Source: an uncultured Gemmatimonadaceae bacterium (lineage in GTDB: Bacteria; Gemmatimonadota; Gemmatimonadetes; Gemmatimonadales; Gemmatimonadaceae). From it: DNA of 64,000 bases. The stretch is from assembly GCA_963761305.1 (NCBI GenBank), contig CAVXGK010000002.1, positions 1,760,001-1,824,000 on the forward strand, in the 5' to 3' direction. The notes under the pieces are model-generated. The model had not been told where the DNA came from, did no database searches, and worked only from the letters and a program-made list of their open reading frames with translations. The position numbers were made by a program, and so were the translations under genes. Position 1 is the first letter of the stretch; every line of letters begins with the position of its first letter. Below, one piece after another: positions 53,496 to 61,706 of this stretch.

Positions 53496-55562
53496 ATGCC
53501 GAAGGCGCTTCGCTTCGGAATCTGGGTCCTCGTAGCCGTTGCGGCCGCGCTGGCGTTCGGAAGAATCGCGCTCGTGCGCGGCGAAACCATCAACGCCGCC
53601 TGGCTGCTGACCGCGGCGCTCTGCAGCTACGCCATAGCGTATCGCTTCTACAGCAAACTGATCGCCGCCAAGGTCTTCGCGCTCGACGCAAACCGGGCCA
53701 CGCCGGCGGTGCGGCTGGAGGACGGTCGCGACTACGTCCCCACCAACCGGTGGATCGTGTTCGGCAGCCACTTCGCGGCGATCTCCGGCCCCGGGCCGCT
53801 GGTCGGCCCGACCCTCGCCGCGCAGTTCGGGTACCTGCCCGGCGTCATCTGGATCATCGTCGGGGTGGCGCTCGGCGGCGCGGTGCAGGACTTCGTGATC
53901 CTCGCCTCGTCGGTCCGGCGAAACGGAAAGTCGCTCGGCCAGATGGCGCGCGAGGAAATCGGCCCGGTGGCCGGCGCGACGGCGCTCGTCGCCGTGCTCG
54001 GCATCATGATCGTGCTGCTCGCCGTGCTGGCGCTCATCGTCGTCAACGCGCTCAAGTCGAGCCCGTGGGGCCTGGTCACCATCGGTCTCACGATTCCCGT
54101 CGCGATCCTGATGGGCGTTTACCTCCGATGGCTGCGACCCGGACGTGTGCTCGAGGCCAGCGCGATCGGCATCGTGCTGGTGGTCGCGTCGCTGTTCGCC
54201 GGACAATGGGCGTCGACGCACCCGTCGCTCGCGGCGACCTTCACGCTGAGCGGCACGGCCATGGCGATCGTCGTGATGGCGTATGCGTTCGTCGCCTCCG
54301 TGCTTCCGGTGTGGTTGCTGCTCGCGCCGCGCGACTATCTGTCGGCGTTCGTGAAGATCGGCGTGATCCTGGCGCTGGCCGCGGGCATCATCATCTCGCT
54401 GCCGCCGCTCCACATGCCGGCCCTCACCCAGTTCACCGACGGCTCAGGTCCGGTGTTCGCGGGCAAGGTGTTCCCCTTCGCGTTCATCACCATCGCCTGC
54501 GGTGCCATCTCCGGCTTCCACGCGCTGATCTCGTCAGGCACGACGCCCAAGCTGCTCCAGCGCGAGACCGACGCACGAATGATCGGCTACGGCGCGATGC
54601 TCATGGAATCGCTCGTCGCCGTGATGGCGTTGATCGCCGCGTGCGCGCTGACGCCGGGCGTCTACTTCGCCGTCAACGCGCCGGCCGGCGCGATCGGCAC
54701 GACCGCGGCGAGCGCCGCCGAAGCCGTTCGCCACTGGGGCTTCACGCTCGACCCCACGCAGATGGAAACGCTCGCCAAGCAGGTCGGCGAGACGTCGCTC
54801 CTCTCGCGCACCGGCGGCGCGCCGAGTCTCGCGCTCGGCATGGCGCAGTTATTCTCGAACGTCTTGGGCGGCAGCGGCGCGTTGGCGCTGTGGTATCACT
54901 TCGCGATCATGTTCGAGGCCTTGTTCATCCTCACCACGCTCGACGCCGGGACGCGCGTCGGCCGGTTCATGGTGCAGGATATCGCCAAACACGTTTGGGC
55001 GCCGCTCGGCCAGGTGGCGTGGTATCCGGCCGTCGTGCTTTCGAGTTTGCTCATCGTGGCCATGTGGGGCCACTTCCTCTACCAGGGCGTGCTCGATCCG
55101 CTCGGCGGCATCAACTCGTTGTGGCCGCTCTTCGGCATCTCGAATCAGCTGCTCGCGACCGTCGCCCTCTGCGTCGCAACGACGATCTTCATCAAGATGG
55201 GGAAGGCGCGATACGCGTGGATCACGCTGCTGCCGATGTCGTGGCTCACCGTCGTGTGCATGACCGCCGGTTGGCAGAAACTGTTCGCCGAGGACGTGAA
55301 GCTCGGATTCCTGTCGCACGCGCGGCAGATCCAAGGGTTCGTCGACGGCGGCGCGCTGCCGGCCGCGATCAAATCCGTCGGCGACGCCCATCGCATGATC
55401 TTCAACGACTATCTCGACGCGGCCGTGACGATATTCTTCATGGTCGCGGTCGTCGTGATCATCGCCGACAGCGCACGCGAGTGGATGTTGGTGCTGAGGG
55501 GGGAAAAGCCCGTGGTGTCGTCCGAAGCGCCGTTCGAACCGGTCCCGGTGCCGGGCGATTGA
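53496..55562 (+). CDS. cstA: Carbon starvation protein A (peptide/pyruvate transporter)
   Basis: DGRDYVPT, HFAAISGPGPLVGP, IACGAISGFHAL, SRTGGAP, LWPLFG.SNQLLA. Confidence 0.95.
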   Translation: MPKALRFGIWVLVAVAAALAFGRIALVRGETINAAWLLTAALCSYAIAYRFYSKLIAAKVFALDANRATPAVRLEDGRDYVPTNRWIVFGSHFAAISGPGPLVGPTLAAQFGYLPGVIWIIVGVALGGAVQDFVILASSVRRNGKSLGQMAREEIGPVAGATALVAVLGIMIVLLAVLALIVVNALKSSPWGLVTIGLTIPVAILMGVYLRWLRPGRVLEASAIGIVLVVASLFAGQWASTHPSLAATFTLSGTAMAIVVMAYAFVASVLPVWLLLAPRDYLSAFVKIGVILALAAGIIISLPPLHMPALTQFTDGSGPVFAGKVFPFAFITIACGAISGFHALISSGTTPKLLQRETDARMIGYGAMLMESLVAVMALIAACALTPGVYFAVNAPAGAIGTTAASAAEAVRHWGFTLDPTQMETLAKQVGETSLLSRTGGAPSLALGMAQLFSNVLGGSGALALWYHFAIMFEALFILTTLDAGTRVGRFMVQDIAKHVWAPLGQVAWYPAVVLSSLLIVAMWGHFLYQGVLDPLGGINSLWPLFGISNQLLATVALCVATTIFIKMGKARYAWITLLPMSWLTVVCMTAGWQKLFAEDVKLGFLSHARQIQGFVDGGALPAAIKSVGDAHRMIFNDYLDAAVTIFFMVAVVVIIADSAREWMLVLRGEKPVVSSEAPFEPVPVPGD

Positions 55563-55598
55563 TGTCGACTGAGAACACACCCGAGCGATGGAGAAATC

Positions 55599-55808
55599 AT
55601 GACCTCGCGTGAGCTGGTTCGTGCGGCGCGCATCCGCATGGTGAACGCCGGGGCGATCGTGCGCCGGATCATCGGTGCACCCGACTACGATCGCTACGTC
55701 GCTCATTTGCGCGACCACCATCCCGGCGTGAAGCCGATGACGTATGACGAGTTCGCTCGGCAGCGCATGGCCGATCGCTACAGCCGTCCCGGCACCCGCT
55801 GCTGTTGA
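55599..55808 (+). CDS. YbdD/YjiX (DUF466) family small protein
   Basis: IGAPDYDRYVAH...HP...EF...RY...RCC. Follows cstA. GGAG upstream. Confidence 0.9.
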   Translation: MTSRELVRAARIRMVNAGAIVRRIIGAPDYDRYVAHLRDHHPGVKPMTYDEFARQRMADRYSRPGTRCC

Positions 55809-55817
55809 GTGCGAATG

Positions 55818-55844
55818 GGGTCCGGGCCGGTTGGGCCCGGACCC
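55818..55844. terminator. GC-rich hairpin after the cstA-ybdD pair (terminator-like)
   Basis: Perfect 11-bp inverted repeat GGGTCCGGGCC/GGCCCGGACCC with a 5-nt loop. U-tract is short. Confidence 0.5.
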
Positions 55845-55880
55845 TTGCGCTCGACGCGTAAGTAATACTCCTTGAACACA

Positions 55881-57083
55881 ATGAGACCGCAGGCGACGGC
55901 GGCCAACACGGCCGCGACGCATCGTTCACTCGCCGCCGCGCACGCGCGACTCGCGGCGCGCGACGACGCGATCGTGCGCTCGCAAATCGCCGTCGCGCAA
56001 ATCGCCGCGCCGACGGGCGAGGAGCACGAACGCGCGAGCTGGGTCACGCGTCGATTCGACGACTGCGGTTTGGCCGAAGTGCACACGGATGCGGCCGGCA
56101 ACGTGATCGGGCGCCGCGCCGGAACGCGCGACCTCGCTCCCGTCGTGATCTGCGCGCACCTCGACACGGTGTTTCCCCGCAGCACCGATCTCTCGATCCG
56201 CCGTGATGGCGAACGGCTCGTCGGACCGGGGATCAACGACAACGGACGGGGAATCGCCGTCATGCTGGCGCTCGCCGCCGAGATCGACGGTGCGCGCGTC
56301 CGCACCCAGCGCCCCGTCGAGTTCGTCGCGACGACCGGCGAGGAAGGCATCGGTGATCTGCGCGGCGCCAAACACTACTTCGCCGGGCGAGGCGGCAACG
56401 CGCACGCCGTCATCGCGCTCGACGGCGCCGGCGATGAACGCGTGATTCATCGCGCCCTCGGCTCGCGTCGTTTCCGCGTGTCGTTCCAGGGACCCGGCGG
56501 ACATTCGTGGGCCGCGTTCGGCGCACCGAACGCCGTACACGCCGCGGCCGGCGCCGCGGCACGCTTGGCGGCGATTCACCTTCCGACGACTCCGCGCACG
56601 ACGCTCTCTGTTGGACGCATCGGCGGAGGCCTCTCGGTGAATTCCATTCCCGCGTCGGCGTGGCTCGAGATCGACACGCGATCCACATCCGCCGGCCAGC
56701 TCGACGATCTCGAGCGCGACGTGCGTCGAGCCGCGCATGCCGCCGCCGACGAAGAGAACGGCCGTCGTACGCTCGGCTCGCCGCCGCTCACCGTACGGAT
56801 CGACGCGATCGGCGAACGGCCGTGCGGCGAGACGCCGGTCGAGGACGACCTCGTGCAGCAGGCCATCGACGCGACACGGCTCGTTGGACGACAACCCGAC
56901 CTCGCGCTCGCCTCTACCGACGCCAACGTGCCGATCAGCCAGGGCATACCGGCGATCGCCATCGGCGCCGGCGGTCGCGGCGGCGACGCCCATACTCACA
57001 CCGAGTGGTTCGACAACCTTCGCGGCACCCTCGGCGTGGCGCGAGCGCTGACGATCGTGACTGCCGCTGCGCGATTGGGCTGA
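55881..57083 (+). CDS. M20/M25/M40 family metallo-hydrolase
   Basis: AHLDTVF, GPGINDNGRG, GEEG.GDL, GGHSW, STDAN, AHT..EW. Confidence 0.88.
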   Translation: MRPQATAANTAATHRSLAAAHARLAARDDAIVRSQIAVAQIAAPTGEEHERASWVTRRFDDCGLAEVHTDAAGNVIGRRAGTRDLAPVVICAHLDTVFPRSTDLSIRRDGERLVGPGINDNGRGIAVMLALAAEIDGARVRTQRPVEFVATTGEEGIGDLRGAKHYFAGRGGNAHAVIALDGAGDERVIHRALGSRRFRVSFQGPGGHSWAAFGAPNAVHAAAGAAARLAAIHLPTTPRTTLSVGRIGGGLSVNSIPASAWLEIDTRSTSAGQLDDLERDVRRAAHAAADEENGRRTLGSPPLTVRIDAIGERPCGETPVEDDLVQQAIDATRLVGRQPDLALASTDANVPISQGIPAIAIGAGGRGGDAHTHTEWFDNLRGTLGVARALTIVTAAARLG

Positions 57084-57172
57084 ACGGCTCGTCGAGCTTG
57101 ATCTCGAACTACGCGAGTCGCGCCGCGAGTCTCGTGAGCGCTTTCCTGCTGTCCTGTCATGAAATCTCGATG

Positions 57173-57736
57173 GAGAAGTTGCCTACCGCGATTGAGTTGC
57201 GACTGAACGGCGTGGAACCGCATGAGAACTGCCTGGAACGGCCTGGTGATCCGGCGTGATGCAGCGTTGTGACATCGTCGAACGCGCGTTTGCCGTGGTG
57301 GAGCCGGGTTCTGGCTCCGTGCGGTGCGCGGCGCGCCGCGTGGAGTGGAGGATCGACTCGGAGACGCGGTGTGCGCGTCGGACATGGTCGCTGCGCGAGT
57401 GGAATGGTCGGTAAACTCGTGGGAGTGGTATGTGAACGGCGTGCAAAGGTCCGTGCAGAGGCGGGAATGGTCGCTCTACGGCCGGACATGGATGCTGAGC
57501 GCGAGGGAAAGGATGGTGAGCGCGGCGGAAAGGCTGAGAAGCTTGGGGACACGACGGAAACACGGACGGAATGGGAGCTGCGCGAGTGGAAGTGGTCGGT
57601 GAAAGAGCGGACACGGATGTTGTTCGCTGCGGAGTGGCTGCTATCGGGGCGGAAATGGTCGGTGTCGGGGTCGGAGAGGCATGTGTCGGTGGCGTAAAGG
57701 CACGTGGCGGCGGCGTAAAGGCATCTGATCGATGCG
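57173..57736. repeat. Degenerate 21-bp-period tandem array in a convergent intergenic region
   Basis: Units starting GAA/GAG/ACA/AAA/TAA then TGG/AGG recur every 21 nt (57402, 57423, 57444, 57465, 57486, 57507, 57528; 57569, 57590, 57611, 57632, 57653, 57674, 57695, 57716). Weaker units occur at 57173-57343. Confidence 0.75.
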
Positions 57737-57794
57737 CGAGCCCAACGGACGACCGTTGATTTGCTTCGATAGCGGCGAGTCTTCCGCGAAGACT

Positions 57795-59498
57795 CTACGT
57801 CGTCTGCAGCGGCTCCGCTCGCGTCAACGCTCGCCCCAAAAAAAGCATGGCGGCATACGTCTCCATGCCGAGTATGACGGCCGCGACGATCATGGGGAGC
57901 CAGAGCACGAACACGCCGCCGTTGTACACGTGCGATAGGAACTCGTACGTGAGCGCCGCGAGGAACGTCGGCGGAATGAGCGCGAGCAGCAGCGTGAACA
58001 GGTTCGCCACCATCGCCAACACGTTCTGCCCGAGCGCTTCCACTCCCGTGCTCACCGAGGCGCCCAGCCGAATCCATGCCGGGAAGAGAATCGCCATTCC
58101 GTTTTGAATCGTGATCAGCGCGCCGTTGAGGGCGAACACCAGGAACGGCGCTCCGGCGAGCGCGGCGAGACGCATCTCGCTCGACAACGTGATGCGGTCC
58201 GTTCCGAAGCTCGCGATGTAGGCGATGACGATCACGACGAGCTGCAGCAGCGCGATCGGCACCGTCGCCGACGCGACCTCGGCGAGCACGATGTCGGTCG
58301 ACGCGACCGGGACCGACTTGAGCAGCGGCAGGTGCAGCATGTCATGCCGCAGATCGTTGCGAATGAGGCGCCCGCCGAAGACGATCAGCAATCCGGCGAA
58401 CGTCGTCGCGGTCGCCGCCGCCCACAGCGAGAAGTCGCGATTCGAGACCGCCGCGCCGAACGCGATCGCCATGCCGGCGGGACCGATCAGCAGTCGAAAC
58501 TGCGCGGTGCGACGCAAGCACAGGATGTTCTTCCAGAAAATCGCCATCGCCGGGTGGCCGACCGCGTTGAGACGCATCGTCGTCTGAGCGGCTTTGGTGG
58601 CCTTCGGAACGACGATCGAGCGGCGCGAGCGAATGGCGTCGATGCGGCGCGCTCGCGCCTCCGACGCCTCGAGCGCCGCGTCTTCGAACGCCGCGTCGCT
58701 GCGCAGCACCCAGAAAACGTGAAGGCCCATCACCGCCGCGGCGGGAATGATCGCCGTTTTCCATTGCGAGATCGATCGCGCGAAGGTGGGCGCGACAACC
58801 AGGTGGAACGGCCAGAGAGCGATCGATGCGGGCGGCTGCCCGAGTACGTGCGCCACCGCGACGAAGAAATCGCCGATGCCCGTCGTGTCGAGCAACTCGC
58901 GGCGGTTCACGACGAACCCTGTGACCAGCGCCGCGCCGACCAGACCGAAGAGCGCGATCGACCACCAGTTTCGCTTCGCACCCGCTCGTCCGTGCTCCTT
59001 GAGCGACGACTGAACCAGGGCTGCCCCGAGCCGGTGGAGGTTCAACGTCGAGAACAGGACCCACACGCCGATGGCGCGCAGCGGCGACGGAAGCAGGTTT
59101 CCGCCGCGCCGCAGCACGAAGACCCAGATCGCCGCGTTGATGAGCACCGTGACCTGCGAGCGAAACAGCTTGTGGGCGATGAGACCGCGGCGGCTGATCG
59201 GCGCCGGGAACAGCATCGACACCTCGGCCTGCGTGAACGCCAGCGCGAGCGTGTCGGACCCGAACACCCACGGTCCCATCAACGTCAGCACCGCGAGCAA
59301 CGTGATCAGCATCTCGCTCGGCTGGCTGAGGAGAAAGCTCGTGGCCCCCGGATAGCTGACCGGACGCCACAGGAATCCCCACAGGTACAGCGCGCCGACG
59401 ACGAGAGCGGCGGCGTACCGGGGGCTGCGCACGCGCCGGAACGCCGAGAGAAAACGGTTGCGCGCGCTGTGCCAGCTGAGGTACAGCAGCGCGTTCAT
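57795..59498 (-). CDS. Putative ABC exporter membrane subunit
   Basis: Multi-TM, AEVSMLFPAPISRR, RNDLRHD..LLKS.P. Coupled to the ABC ATPase. Confidence 0.8.
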   Translation of the reverse strand: MNALLYLSWHSARNRFLSAFRRVRSPRYAAALVVGALYLWGFLWRPVSYPGATSFLLSQPSEMLITLLAVLTLMGPWVFGSDTLALAFTQAEVSMLFPAPISRRGLIAHKLFRSQVTVLINAAIWVFVLRRGGNLLPSPLRAIGVWVLFSTLNLHRLGAALVQSSLKEHGRAGAKRNWWSIALFGLVGAALVTGFVVNRRELLDTTGIGDFFVAVAHVLGQPPASIALWPFHLVVAPTFARSISQWKTAIIPAAAVMGLHVFWVLRSDAAFEDAALEASEARARRIDAIRSRRSIVVPKATKAAQTTMRLNAVGHPAMAIFWKNILCLRRTAQFRLLIGPAGMAIAFGAAVSNRDFSLWAAATATTFAGLLIVFGGRLIRNDLRHDMLHLPLLKSVPVASTDIVLAEVASATVPIALLQLVVIVIAYIASFGTDRITLSSEMRLAALAGAPFLVFALNGALITIQNGMAILFPAWIRLGASVSTGVEALGQNVLAMVANLFTLLLALIPPTFLAALTYEFLSHVYNGGVFVLWLPMIVAAVILGMETYAAMLFLGRALTRAEPLQTT

Positions 59499-60229
59499 GT
59501 CGCCGCCGTGTCGCTCGCGGTGAGCGTCAGGAACACCTCTTCCAGCGACTTCGACGCGAGCGCCGGGTGCGCGCCGATGATCTCGTCGATCGTCCCGTAC
59601 GCGACCGCCAGCCCCTGACGAAGCACGAGCAGCTTGGTGCACAGCTCTTCGACGAGATTCAACAGGTGCGAGCTGAGGATTACCGACGTGCCGCGCGCGG
59701 CGCGCTCCGTCACCGTGGCGCGCATGCGGCGCATGCCGCCGGGATCGAGCCCGGTGAGCGGCTCGTCGAGCACGAGCACCGACGGATCGTGCAGCAGCCC
59801 GCACGCGATGGCCAGCTTCTGCCGCATGCCGCGCGACAGCTCGCCGGGGAGCGACCCGCGTTTGTCGCCCAGCTCCATCTCGTCGAGCAGCGGACCGATG
59901 CGCGATTCGACGTCGGCAACGCCGTACAGCCGCGCGATGAATCGCAGGTGTTCGTCCACCGAGAGGTAGTCGAACAAATGCGGCTCGTCGGGGATGAAGG
60001 CGAGCTCTTTCTTGGCGGGAATCGGATCTAGTTGGATGTCGTGCCCCGCGATCGCGACCGTGCCGCTCGTCGGCGCGATGATCCCCGCCAGGCAGCGGAG
60101 CGTCGTCGTCTTGCCGGCGCCGTTGGGGCCGACGAGGCCGAGGATTTCGCCCGCCCCGACGTCGAAGCTGACGCCGCGCAGGGCGGCGAAATCACCGTAG
60201 AGCTTGGTCAGCGCGCGAACCGAGATCAT
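59495..60229 (-). CDS. ABC transporter ATP-binding protein
   Basis: GPNGAGKTT, LSRGMRQK, LDEP, SSH. Confidence 0.95.
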   Translation of the reverse strand: MISVRALTKLYGDFAALRGVSFDVGAGEILGLVGPNGAGKTTTLRCLAGIIAPTSGTVAIAGHDIQLDPIPAKKELAFIPDEPHLFDYLSVDEHLRFIARLYGVADVESRIGPLLDEMELGDKRGSLPGELSRGMRQKLAIACGLLHDPSVLVLDEPLTGLDPGGMRRMRATVTERAARGTSVILSSHLLNLVEELCTKLLVLRQGLAVAYGTIDEIIGAHPALASKSLEEVFLTLTASDTAAT

Positions 60230-60281
60230 CGAGGTCGGGGTGGGGTCCGCGAGGGTCGAATGGCCTTCGAATGGCGCCCCC

Positions 60282-61271
60282 TTAGGGGCGAACTCTGACG
60301 ACAGAATGATCGCTGATGTTCACCTGCCCGTTCGCCCCTTCCACGACCGCCGAGTCGCCGACGAGCGATGCAGCGAGCGACGAGTCGATGACCGAGGCGC
60401 CTTCGCCGACGATCGCGTCACGAAGGCGCGAGCGCTCGATACGGGTTCCCTTGCCGATCGACACGTTGGGCCCGACCGTCGACGCGCTCAAGACGACGCC
60501 GTCTTCGATGTACACCGGATCGATCAGCTCGACGCCGGGCGGAATCACGCCGGGCCGGCGCGCCCGTCCCTTTTCCAGCATCGCGCGATTCGTTTCCAGC
60601 AGCGTGCCCTGCTCCCCGGCGTCGTACCACCCGTCGACGTCGATGACTTTGATCTTCGCGCCGTGGTCGATCATGTACTGGAACGCGTCGGTCAGATAGT
60701 ACTCGCCCTTGTTCTTGGGTTGCTGGAGCGTCCACTCGATTCCTTCGTACAGCAGCTTCCAATTACGAATATAGTACAGTCCGATGTTGGCCCGCTTGGA
60801 GACCGGCGTCGTCGGCTTTTCCACGATCTTGGTCATGTTGCCGGCGGCGTCGCTCACCACCACGCCGAACCGCTGGTAGTCCTCGACCGTCTTCACCCAG
60901 ATGATGCCGTCGGCGTCCGTCCGCTTCACGACCGACAGATCCGCGTCGAAGATCGTGTCCACGAAGATGATGAAGACGGGTTCGTTCACGTAGTCGCGGG
61001 CCAGCCAGACGGCGCCCGCCGTGCCGTCCTGCACCTGCTGCTCGATGAACACGGAATCGAACCGATACTTCGCGCGCGCGTACGCCTCCACCTTTTCCTT
61101 CAGGTGCCCCGTGATGTAGACGACCTGGCTCACGTCGCCGAGTCGCTCGAGGTCCTCCATCACGTAGTCGATCACCGGCTTCCCGGCGATCTTGAGCATC
61201 GGCTTGGGCGTGATGTGCGTGTGCGGCCGAAGCCGCGTGCCCTTCCCCGCCAGCGGAATGATCACTTTCAC
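60282..61271 (-). CDS. Sugar-phosphate nucleotidyltransferase with C-terminal hexapeptide repeats
   Basis: LAGKGTRLRPHT..PKP, VEKP, GEYYLTD, WYDAG, VGPNVSIG. Confidence 0.9.
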   Translation of the reverse strand: MKVIIPLAGKGTRLRPHTHITPKPMLKIAGKPVIDYVMEDLERLGDVSQVVYITGHLKEKVEAYARAKYRFDSVFIEQQVQDGTAGAVWLARDYVNEPVFIIFVDTIFDADLSVVKRTDADGIIWVKTVEDYQRFGVVVSDAAGNMTKIVEKPTTPVSKRANIGLYYIRNWKLLYEGIEWTLQQPKNKGEYYLTDAFQYMIDHGAKIKVIDVDGWYDAGEQGTLLETNRAMLEKGRARRPGVIPPGVELIDPVYIEDGVVLSASTVGPNVSIGKGTRIERSRLRDAIVGEGASVIDSSLAASLVGDSAVVEGANGQVNISDHSVVRVRP

Positions 61272-61639
61272 GGTGCGCTCGTCCCCTCGCGACCATAGCG
61301 GTCCTTGAGGCGCACGACGTCGTCGAGATGCGGCGTAGAGACCTCCAGGATATCGCAGTCGGTGACGGCTTCCATCTGATGCACCGTCCCGGGCGTGATG
61401 CGAAACGCGTCGCCGATCTTGAGATCGACGTCCACCGGCTTGTCGTCCTCCCAGATTCGATACACCAATTGCCCCGACATCAAATAGACGGTCTCGTCCT
61501 TGATAGTATGGTATTGGACCGACAGCGCCTCGCCGGCCTTGATGTGCAGAATCTTGCCGACGTATGCGTCGGTCTTGGCCCAGATCGTCTCGTGTCCCCA
61601 GGGCTTGGGGACGTGCGTGATCGCCGACCGGCCGCTCAT
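61268..61639 (-). CDS. Cupin domain protein (mannose-6-phosphate isomerase type II-like)
   Basis: PKPWGHE, LSVQYH..KDET, PGTVH, EVSTPHLDDVVRL.D.YGR. Confidence 0.85.
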   Translation of the reverse strand: MSGRSAITHVPKPWGHETIWAKTDAYVGKILHIKAGEALSVQYHTIKDETVYLMSGQLVYRIWEDDKPVDVDLKIGDAFRITPGTVHQMEAVTDCDILEVSTPHLDDVVRLKDRYGREGTSAP

Positions 61640-61706
61640 TGAACGGGCGCCTCGTTGGTCATGGGACCGAAATAAAGATGGTCCGAAAAGCCCCCGGTAG
61701 GCGCGG

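Noticed and set aside
55562..55612. 16-codon ORF (MSTENTPERWRNHDLA) between cstA and ybdD as a gene or frameshift
   Set aside because: ybdD has its own GGAG and ATG and is complete. The short ORF has no recognisable features.
55599..55844. Selenocysteine read-through of the DUF466 gene (TGA followed by a hairpin)
   Set aside because: Some family members end in Cys-Sec, but this copy already ends RCC (TGC TGT) before the TGA. The hairpin is better explained as a terminator-like element.
57173..57736. CRISPR array or DGR template/variable repeat
   Set aside because: There is no constant repeat with unique spacers, no cas or reverse transcriptase gene, and no long repeat pair differing only at adenines.
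57157..58077. ORFs across the 21-bp array (57157..58077 -, 57183..57614 -, 57269..57697 +, 57324..57602 +) as genes
   Set aside because: Each changes repeat phase midway, has atypical composition and lacks a convincing start. They are reported as a repeat instead.
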